In this document: positions 57,145 to 64,000 of the stretch, one piece after another
Numbering within the stretch: position 1 is the stretch's first letter
How the letters are laid out: each line of letters begins with the position of its first letter
Source of the DNA: Chloroflexota bacterium
GTDB taxonomy: Bacteria > Chloroflexota > Anaerolineae > Anaerolineales > UBA11579
Assembly (NCBI GenBank): GCA_013112575.1
Contig: JABFGG010000003.1
Coordinates: forward strand, 83,096-147,095
DNA: 64,000 nucleotides
Direction of reading: 5' to 3'
Notes under the pieces: generated by a model
What the model was told of the DNA's origin: nothing
Databases searched by the model: none
The model's input: the letters and a program-made list of their open reading frames with translations, nothing else
Made by a program: the position numbers and the translations under genes

Positions 57145-57795
57145 TTACTCATTATCTGAAGAAGCGATTTCTTTTGCGTATTCCTCAACAGCGCGAGAAG
57201 CCAAATGAAGAAATGCTTCTCTGGTAGAAATTACCTCATTATCTGATATTTCCGTGCTGTCAAGTTCCTCCCAAGTTTCAGGATTAAAGTGAATATCCAT
57301 CCTGAACCAAAATAAATCAATTTTGCTAAGTATGTCTCGCACATGAGCAAATAGCTCTAGGTCCAGGTTATGTTCAGAATCAAACAGGAATTTTGGCATT
57401 TCATGGGCAATTTGGTTTCGATGATTCCGAATTTCCATAATAACATTTACTTCGTTTGAAGAGATAGCTTCATTATTTTTAAGCCAAGTCGCACACGGTA
57501 TTAATAAGTAATTATCTGGAGTATTATATTTTTCTCCGATAGCTTGCTCAAATTCAGTTAGATTGTTCGCGTAACCTTCATACGCTAATTTCCCCATGGG
57601 TGAATCATCATTTTTTAATTCTTGCAATTGCTCTTTGGAGTATTCCCAATCAACAAATTCGCTTTTAACGCCATTTACAATAGCAGCTTTTAGGAGTTCA
57701 AAAGCGAAGATATATAGGGAAAAAATCATCATGTTTAGCCTAAGATACTTGCTTTCAAATTTCCAAGGCAGAGGAGTTTCTTCGGATTTATTCAT
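57145..57795 (-). CDS. AT-rich orphan gene; hypothetical protein with an RNxxxH (HEPN-like) motif
   Basis: 216 aa. MEIRNHRNQIAHE contains R-N-Q-I-A-H. Hand-counted lines inside the gene are 27-38% G+C versus about 70% in a neighbouring mscS line. Confidence 0.7.
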   Translation of the reverse strand: MNKSEETPLPWKFESKYLRLNMMIFSLYIFAFELLKAAIVNGVKSEFVDWEYSKEQLQELKNDDSPMGKLAYEGYANNLTEFEQAIGEKYNTPDNYLLIPCATWLKNNEAISSNEVNVIMEIRNHRNQIAHEMPKFLFDSEHNLDLELFAHVRDILSKIDLFWFRMDIHFNPETWEELDSTEISDNEVISTREAFLHLASRAVEEYAKEIASSDNE

Positions 57796-57850
57796 GAATC
57801 AGCGGACTTTTTCTCGATAGAAAATCGATTAGGTTTATTTTGAGCGAGAA

Positions 57851-59059
57851 TCACTCCCCGCCCAATGCACCAAAGTCTGCGCCGGTGGGGTTCTGGAACA
57901 CGCGCAGGTCGAATTCGGGGGCGGCGGCCAGGAGGTGGTCGAAGATGTCGGCCTGGATGGCCTCGTATTCGCCCCACACCGTGGTTTTGGTGAAGACGTA
58001 GAGTTCGAGGGGCAGGCCATGTTCGCCGGGTTTTAACTGGCGGATGAGCAGGGTCATGCCCTCAGTGTGGATGTGGGGATGGTTGCGTAGGTAAGCTTCG
58101 ATATAGGCACGGAAGGTACCAACATTGGTGAGGCGGCGACCATTGACCTTCATACTGGTATCCACACCACGTTCCTGGTTGTGCTGGCGAATCTCGCTTT
58201 GTTTACGTTCCATGTATTCTTTCAGGACGGCAACCTTTTTGAAGTCCTCGACTTCCTGGTCTTCCAGAAAGCGTACGGAGGTGATGTCAAGGTAAATGGA
58301 GCGTTTGATACGCCGTCCCCCCGCTTCCTGCATGCCGCGCCAGTTCTTAAAGGGCGTTTCCAGAAGCTTATAAGGAGGCAGGACAGAAAAGGTTTTGTCG
58401 AAATTCTGGATTTTGACGGAGTGCAGGGACATGTTGACGACATCGCCGTCCACACCGATGCTGGGAATCTCGATCCAATCACCCTCTCTGAACAGGTCAT
58501 TGGTGGAAATCTGAACGCTGGCGACGAGGGAAAGGATGGTGTCCCGGAAGATGAGCAAAAGTACGGCTGTAAGCGCGCCGAGGCCAGTGAGGTAGACGAT
58601 AGGGGATTCGCCGGTGAAAATGGAAATGGAGAGGATGATACCTATCAAGAGGAAAAGGATCTTGACGAGGTCGAGATAACCCTGGATGGGTACGCCAGTG
58701 TAATCTTTGCTGCTTTCGTAAATTTGATTAACGGCATTCAGCAGGGAGTTGAGGGTGATGACCACAACCCAGAGGATGAAGAATAGCGAGACCTGTTCAA
58801 TGAAGGTTTGGGCTCGGGGGAAAACGTAGGCAAAAGAGAAAAAGATAAGGAGGGGAGCAAGCCAGGCCACTCGGAAAGGGCGTAGACTTTCTACGATGAT
58901 GTCATCGTAGTTGGTTTCTGTGCGGTTGGCGATATAGACCAGGGCGCGCGCAATGACGAGGCGGGCAATAAGGAATGATACAAGGGCGACAACAACGGCA
59001 CCTAAAAGGGCCAATTCTGGATTAAAGCTTATCCAAACCTGGATATCTGCAATGGTCAT
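57851..59059 (-). CDS. MscS-family mechanosensitive channel
   Basis: TM helices followed by the REGDWIEI...GDVVNMSLHSVKIQNFD beta-domain signature. 402 aa. Confidence 0.88.
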   Translation of the reverse strand: MTIADIQVWISFNPELALLGAVVVALVSFLIARLVIARALVYIANRTETNYDDIIVESLRPFRVAWLAPLLIFFSFAYVFPRAQTFIEQVSLFFILWVVVITLNSLLNAVNQIYESSKDYTGVPIQGYLDLVKILFLLIGIILSISIFTGESPIVYLTGLGALTAVLLLIFRDTILSLVASVQISTNDLFREGDWIEIPSIGVDGDVVNMSLHSVKIQNFDKTFSVLPPYKLLETPFKNWRGMQEAGGRRIKRSIYLDITSVRFLEDQEVEDFKKVAVLKEYMERKQSEIRQHNQERGVDTSMKVNGRRLTNVGTFRAYIEAYLRNHPHIHTEGMTLLIRQLKPGEHGLPLELYVFTKTTVWGEYEAIQADIFDHLLAAAPEFDLRVFQNPTGADFGALGGE

Positions 59060-59090
59060 AAGGGTTTCTCCTCCTCAGAGAATGTTGCGT

Positions 59091-59119
59091 ATAATAATGT
59101 AATGCAATATATATTGCAA
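59091..59119 (-). promoter_or_regulatory. Candidate promoter of the mscS-family gene, embedded in a 16-bp palindrome
   Basis: Minus strand reads TTGCAA (59119-59114), 17 nt, TATTAT (59096-59091). TGCAATATATATTGCA (59103-59118) is a perfect palindrome. Confidence 0.4.
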
Positions 59120-59122
59120 ACC

Positions 59123-59755
59123 TCAGTCTTGATCTACCTGTGATGGCTCGCGGAACAGCTCAAAGATCTCGTTAACTTGAGTGTAGCGGGGACCTGCGAG
59201 GCGCCCTATGGGGTTTAGAGCGGCCATATCGATTTTGTAGTTGGGTAGCAAAACCTTATCGGCCACGTGGATGTGGAGCACTTCGCCAATGACGATGAAG
59301 CCAGAGCCCTTGCCGCCATCCCCGATCTGCACAATGTTGGACAGTTTACATTCGATATTGATGGGGCTTTCGGCGACGCGGGGTGGCTTGACACGTTGTG
59401 AGGGAATTGGGGTAACCCCGGCGTATTCAAACTCGTTCACGCTGGATGGCAATTCGGTGGCGGTCAGGTTCATGGCGTCGGCAGTGTCTTCTGTGACGAT
59501 ATTGATGACAAATTCCTCAGTAGCGCGAACGTTGTTGAGCGTGTCTTTATTATCGCCATCGGTGCCGCGCACACCCGGACAAAAGAGAACGGTGGGGGGC
59601 TTGGAGCAGACGCCGTTAAAGAATGAAAAGGGGGCGAGGTTGGGTTGGCCTTCCTTATTGACCGTGGAGACCCAGGCAATGGGACGCGGTACGACGGCTC
59701 CGGTAAGTAATTTGTAGGTGTCTTTGAGAGATAGTTCGGCGGGACTGATTTCCAT
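59123..59755 (-). CDS. Flavin reductase-family protein (FMN-binding split barrel)
   Basis: VPRPIAWVST...NLAPFSFFN signature. 210 aa. Confidence 0.85.
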   Translation of the reverse strand: MEISPAELSLKDTYKLLTGAVVPRPIAWVSTVNKEGQPNLAPFSFFNGVCSKPPTVLFCPGVRGTDGDNKDTLNNVRATEEFVINIVTEDTADAMNLTATELPSSVNEFEYAGVTPIPSQRVKPPRVAESPINIECKLSNIVQIGDGGKGSGFIVIGEVLHIHVADKVLLPNYKIDMAALNPIGRLAGPRYTQVNEIFELFREPSQVDQD

Positions 59756-59770
59756 GAATAGCCTTGGGTA

Positions 59771-59819
59771 GGTAGCGGTTAGCTGATAGCCTAAAGCTAT
59801 AAGCTGTCTTATTCTAAGC
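59771..59819 (+). repeat. Heptamer-periodic repeat, copy B
   Basis: GGTAGCG GTTAGCT GATAGCC TAAAGCT ATAAGCT GTC...TCTAAGC. It shares GTTAGCT, TAGCC, TAAAGC and TAAGCTGT with copy A. Confidence 0.65.
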
Positions 59820-59896
59820 GGAATGTGGAATATACAAAAGGGAGGTTTTAGTCGGGTAGATTTCTTGCGTTTACAAATATGCTTGTGAAAATAAAA

Positions 59897-59916
59897 GGGC
59901 GCACGGCCGTGCGCCC
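59897..59916 (-). terminator. Terminator of gene 59974-60624
   Basis: GGGCGCAC-ggcc-GTGCGCCC, followed on the minus strand by TTTTATTTT. Confidence 0.75.
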
Positions 59917-59973
59917 CTACGGTTGTAAACCATGTTTACAATGAATGCCTTTTGTAAAGGCATCTGTCAAATA

Positions 59974-60624
59974 CTATTCTTTTTGCCAACGCTGATAGTA
60001 GTTCCAGGCGAGAATGAAGAAGCCGGAGAGCATAAAGAGATAACGCAGCAGGGAGAATATGGAGCTGGGGTAGGTATAAACCAGGATTCCGATGGGTAGG
60101 TAGCCGAGCCACAGGCTCCAGCGCAGGAGTTTTTCGAGGAAGGTGTCTTTGGGGAGAACAAAGGCTAAGAGGAAGAAAGCAAAATAACTGCTGTGGAATT
60201 TGAGTTGGCTCCACACCATGCGCTGGTGGAGGGCCGCTTCGTCAATGGGAAGACCGGCGATGGCCATTTCGAGGAAGGTGAGCAACTCGTGGTTTTCATG
60301 CAGATCAAGATAGGTTGTGATGAGGACGGCCCCAAGGCCAATGGCTACTAATAAACGATTCCTTTTGCGCCAGACAGCTGTGGCAAGGAAAACAAATGCA
60401 GCAGCATAGAGGGTGAGGAAAATGTTATCGATGGTCAGGATGGCGCGTAGGGGGGCTTCTGCTTGCGTGATTGCTTGCGCATATTCTTCCGGGGGAGCAA
60501 ATAGCTCAAAGTCCTGAGCTGTGACGCCAGCATTAAAGAGGGAGACAGCCAGCATGGCGGCAAGCGCCAGGCCTGCACCCAGGGAGGTTATGACAAGATA
60601 ACGATAAAGCTGTTTCTTTTTCAT
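59974..60624 (-). CDS. Hypothetical polytopic membrane protein
   Basis: 216 aa with about six hydrophobic segments. Confidence 0.75.
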   Translation of the reverse strand: MKKKQLYRYLVITSLGAGLALAAMLAVSLFNAGVTAQDFELFAPPEEYAQAITQAEAPLRAILTIDNIFLTLYAAAFVFLATAVWRKRNRLLVAIGLGAVLITTYLDLHENHELLTFLEMAIAGLPIDEAALHQRMVWSQLKFHSSYFAFFLLAFVLPKDTFLEKLLRWSLWLGYLPIGILVYTYPSSIFSLLRYLFMLSGFFILAWNYYQRWQKE

Positions 60625-60661
60625 GGCTTCCCTCCTATTAAACCTGGGATGATATTGCTAA

Positions 60662-61939
60662 TTAATGATTGTTGTTATTTGCGCCGAAAGCGTCGTCAAG
60701 GAGGACCTTGAGCTTGTTGCGCAGGATGGTATAGGAGAAATGACGTCTGGCAAGTTCGTAGTTCTGCTTGCACATCTCAAGCTCTAGTTCTTTGTCATCC
60801 AACAGTTTACGGGTCTGTTCGATGGTATCTTCCGTGATGTACTCATCAAATTCAATGACGTTAAAGCCCTTGGGGCGGATATCCGTGGCGTAGATGGAGT
60901 AGTTGTTGACCACGATGGGGCGTTTGAAGTAAAGAGCTTCTAGGAAGGCGTTGCCAAAACCCTCGATCATGGAGGGGTAGGTAACGAGGTCGGCGTGAGG
61001 GTAGGCGTCCCATAAGCTATAGATCTTGCGACCGTCTTCTGAGGTGCGGCGTTCCTCATCAAAATGCTCGGCGGCCATCATGAGTTTGACTCCCATGAGT
61101 TTGGCATAGTCTTTGATTCGCTCTTCGTATTCGTAGCCATCATCGCCGGAAGCATGGGACACGACCAGACAGGCTTTGCGGTTCAGGCGGCTGACCAACT
61201 CGATGGCATGTTCGATGCCTTTGCGCTGCACGACGCGGGTGGGTTGCAGGATGAATAATTCGTCGTCTTCCAGGCCCAGTGTTTCCCGGATGTCATCGGC
61301 GTAGCCATCGTTATTGGTGGGGGGATTGCCAAAATCCATGACGTTAGGGATGAGGGTAGAGCTGACACCCTTGCGGCGAGCCAACTGATGGCGGGCAATG
61401 GAGTTGATGACCACGTGTTGCACTGAGGGTAGGTCGGGCGGGAAGGCCATGGAGATATAATCGTCCACCGAGTTGACCAGCAAGGGCTTTCGCTCCCAGG
61501 TGAAGTCGTGGTGGTGGGCAATGACCGGAATCTCAGTTTCGGCAATGATCTCGGTCAGGGCCAACGTAAGGGGGATGTTCTGGGGAAAGGAAAGCAGGTT
61601 CTGGGGGATGAGTACGTCGAGGTCGAACTTCTTTATAAAGTCGAGGAAAAAATCCCGGAAATACTCGCGTCTGGAATGGATCCATGCTGTGTCATCGGCT
61701 GTGCGCACGATATCGGTGAAAAAGCGATGATACCTGGCGCGGATTTCCTTGTGGCGGAAATAGGCTTCATCCACGACCATGGAGCGTTCTTCAGGCCGGT
61801 CGGACAGGCCGGAGAAGTAATAACAGGTGTGGCCCATGCCCTCAAGGACCTCAGCCCATTTGGAGGTTTCGAGCGATACGCCATCGGTGCCTTGAAAACG
61901 AAATGAAATGAAGCCGATGTTGAGATGTTTTGGTGTCAT
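60662..61939 (-). CDS. Glycosyltransferase (GT-B fold, GT4-like)
   Basis: 425 aa. N-terminus IGFISFRFQGTDGVSLE and C-terminal EGFGNAFLEA (E-x7-E-like). It is a paralog of the partial gene at the window edge. Confidence 0.8.
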   Translation of the reverse strand: MTPKHLNIGFISFRFQGTDGVSLETSKWAEVLEGMGHTCYYFSGLSDRPEERSMVVDEAYFRHKEIRARYHRFFTDIVRTADDTAWIHSRREYFRDFFLDFIKKFDLDVLIPQNLLSFPQNIPLTLALTEIIAETEIPVIAHHHDFTWERKPLLVNSVDDYISMAFPPDLPSVQHVVINSIARHQLARRKGVSSTLIPNVMDFGNPPTNNDGYADDIRETLGLEDDELFILQPTRVVQRKGIEHAIELVSRLNRKACLVVSHASGDDGYEYEERIKDYAKLMGVKLMMAAEHFDEERRTSEDGRKIYSLWDAYPHADLVTYPSMIEGFGNAFLEALYFKRPIVVNNYSIYATDIRPKGFNVIEFDEYITEDTIEQTRKLLDDKELELEMCKQNYELARRHFSYTILRNKLKVLLDDAFGANNNNH

Positions 61940-62042
61940 AGGCCAAGCCTGTGTGACGAAGGTTTAATGAAAAGTAGGCTATTTTACGCGCTGAGTGTAA
62001 AACGTGCTTTGTAATTAAGCAAGCATCTGGACTGGCTTGTGA

Positions 62043-63170
62043 TTATTGGCGCGAAGTGAGTTTTTGGAAATGCTCCAGGAAAGCGTCGAACTGTTTTTGT
62101 TTGTCGAAGTTCTCGGCTATAAGCCGACGGGAAGCCTGTTGCATGCGTTTATAGGCTTCTTGATCCTCCCAAAGCTTTTGGATAGCAGCGGCCAATGCCT
62201 GGCTATCGCCGGGTTCTACCGCGTAGCCCGTTTGGCCCTCGATAACGATCTCAGGCACGCCGCCCAGGTTGGAGGATACAACGGGCACATGCATGGCCAT
62301 GGCTTCCTGCAAAACGTTAGGCAAGCCTTCTTTGTAGATGCTGGGCAAAACGGCAATGTCGATGCGCTCAAAGACGTAATTGGGTTCGCTGGTGAAGGGG
62401 AAAAAGTGGATGTGATCGTCTAATTCCAGGTCGTGGACTTGCTGCTCCAATTTTTCCTCATCGGGCCCGTCGCCAGCCAACATAAGGTGGATGTTGGGTA
62501 GGGGCCCTTTGACTAATTCTGCTATAGCTTCAAACAAAACGGGATGGCCTTTGCGATGTTCGAGAGAGCCGATGGAGCCCAAAATGGGGGCCGCATCTTT
62601 CGGTAGCGGGTAACGTTTGAGGGCTTCAACATGGCTTGCCTCTGAAGGGGTGAAACGATCCACGTCCACACCCTGGTAGACTAACGCAACAAACTCTTCT
62701 GGGATCTTGTAATGGTCGATCAAATATTGGCGGGTGAAATCAGCGATGGCAATTACTGATGAGTTGATGTTTTCATCGGGACGGTAAAACTCCCGTAGGT
62801 ACTCGGGCACGATGGTGCCGGTTTTGGGGATCAAATGAGTAGACAGATTGGCTTCACGTATGCAGCGAGCAGCAAAAACGGAGCAGTGGAAACCTTCGCG
62901 CGGCGGGTGGACGGTGCATATGGCGACATCACAATTGTCCAGCGCTTTGGTCCAGACCTCGATGTGTTCTGGCTGTTCATTAACCACTGCATCCCAATCA
63001 TAAGTGAAGGTACTGGCATTAAGGTCCTGCGTCTGCTTCACAACCCAACTATCCTCGGGAGCCAATAAGGTCAATTCCTGCCCTCGATCTTGAAAGGCGC
63101 GCATGGCCTCGGTGACCCAAATCTGGGTGCCACCGTGTAAGTGGGTGTCTTCGATGAAGCCAATATTCAC
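62043..63170 (-). CDS. Glycosyltransferase family 4 protein
   Basis: EGLPNVLQEAMAMHVPVVSSNLGGVPEIV (E-x7-E motif). 375 aa. Confidence 0.88.
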   Translation of the reverse strand: MNIGFIEDTHLHGGTQIWVTEAMRAFQDRGQELTLLAPEDSWVVKQTQDLNASTFTYDWDAVVNEQPEHIEVWTKALDNCDVAICTVHPPREGFHCSVFAARCIREANLSTHLIPKTGTIVPEYLREFYRPDENINSSVIAIADFTRQYLIDHYKIPEEFVALVYQGVDVDRFTPSEASHVEALKRYPLPKDAAPILGSIGSLEHRKGHPVLFEAIAELVKGPLPNIHLMLAGDGPDEEKLEQQVHDLELDDHIHFFPFTSEPNYVFERIDIAVLPSIYKEGLPNVLQEAMAMHVPVVSSNLGGVPEIVIEGQTGYAVEPGDSQALAAAIQKLWEDQEAYKRMQQASRRLIAENFDKQKQFDAFLEHFQKLTSRQ

Positions 63171-63185
63171 AATGTTCTCCTCAGT

Positions 63186-64000
63186 TTATTCAGATATCTC
63201 ATAGAGTTGTTGTAGTAGATTCTGGAAGGAAGCGCGTAGAGCATCATCACTATATCTCAAACGAATTGCTTTGCGGTTATGTGCCTGCCAACGCGTTTTT
63301 ATTTCGGGACGTAAAAGCAGGTCAGCTACCTGGCCGAGGAAAGCTTGTGAGAATTCACCTTCGGGGAATTCAATATATTGAATACGCTGCTCTTCTGGCA
63401 AGTGTTCACCAATGACACCGTCAAAGACTTCCACCGGCGAGTAGCGGCTGCTGATGATAGGGACACCGATAGCCGCGGATTCTATGATGGGCAGGCCGCG
63501 CCCTTCGGTCTCGCTGGGAAACAGGACTGCGGTAGCCAGGCGGTAGAGGTCAGTGATGTTCAGAGGGGCAAAACCTTTTTCCTGAAAAACAGGATGCTCC
63601 TCGCGACCCACAGAAAAGGCGAGGAAGACGCGTTCGCCGATGGATGGAGGCAGATCTTCGATCAATTCTTCGTAGCACTGCAAAATGGTGGAGAGGTCAT
63701 GGCGGTGTTCCCTGGGGGTGGGGCCAGTGATGTGCAATAGGATGCGGCATTCAGGATCAGCATCAAATTCTTCGCGCAAGGGGCCTGTACGCAAAAGGGC
63801 GTGGATCAGTTCGACGTCGCGTTCGATGCGCTTGCGGGCAACGACGCGGGTAGGTTGCAGGAGATAAATGAGCCTTTCAGTGGTGAGATCCAGGGAGAGG
63901 TTCTTATGAGCTCCAATGACATAGGGTTTTTGTTTGCCCATCCAATTGCGTAAGCCCAGGCGGTGTTTTTCCAGCGCCCGGACTTTGACGACTGGCTTGC
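63186..64000 (-). CDS. Glycosyltransferase, partial (5' end beyond window)
   Basis: The frame stays open upstream of the tracked ATG at 63941 to nt 64000. LLQPTRVVARKRIERDVELI parallels ILQPTRVVQRKGIEHAIELV of gene 60662-61939. Confidence 0.8.
   Translation of the reverse strand, partial: KPVVKVRALEKHRLGLRNWMGKQKPYVIGAHKNLSLDLTTERLIYLLQPTRVVARKRIERDVELIHALLRTGPLREEFDADPECRILLHITGPTPREHRHDLSTILQCYEELIEDLPPSIGERVFLAFSVGREEHPVFQEKGFAPLNITDLYRLATAVLFPSETEGRGLPIIESAAIGVPIISSRYSPVEVFDGVIGEHLPEEQRIQYIEFPEGEFSQAFLGQVADLLLRPEIKTRWQAHNRKAIRLRYSDDALRASFQNLLQQLYEISE

Overview
This 64-kb window is bacterial chromosome, with roughly mid-50s % G+C by eye. The gene content (a LysW-type arginine cluster, DUF3179/DUF3365-type proteins, Pro/Thr-linker lipoproteins) is reminiscent of Chloroflexota-like organisms, but lineage cannot be established from this sequence alone. 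The recognisable backbone is: dnaK(partial)-dnaJ-prmA; a ten-gene branched-chain amino-acid supraoperon ilvD-ilvB-ilvN-ilvC-leuA-leuC-leuD-cimA-leuB-ilvE; a minus-strand arginine block argG-argH-lysW-lysX-lysY-lysZ-lysJ-lysK; argF-rocD; a PBP2-type transpeptidase; two MFS transporters; pepF; mscS; and a glycosyltransferase cluster that runs off the 3' edge. The most interesting region is 3.9-8.1 kb. It holds a multi-pass HisKA_3 sensor kinase (apparently split by a 1-nt frameshift), an unlisted 46-codon ORF ending in AYAWDAW, a polyprenyl-synthetase-fold protein and a NarL-type response regulator. Together they reproduce the four-part logic of the Bacillus ComQXPA prenylated-peptide quorum-sensing system, but with a different gene order and in a non-Bacillus-like context. 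This reading is an inference and needs testing. Other notable signals are: an Ile/Leu/Val-rich leader peptide with antiterminator/terminator upstream of ilvD; an intrinsic terminator that every argG transcript must cross; a 1,057-bp tandem duplication of a lipoprotein gene including its 5' region and terminator; and a nested IS graveyard (an IS200-type 5' end cut by an IS3-type orfB remnant, abutting a truncated methyltransferase gene) in which 8 of the 9 internal stops of the remnant are TAG. There is also an AT-rich single-gene islet encoding a protein with an RNxxxH (HEPN-like) motif, several heptamer-periodic repeats, and long-loop hairpin pairs. I found no rRNA, tRNA or CRISPR array.
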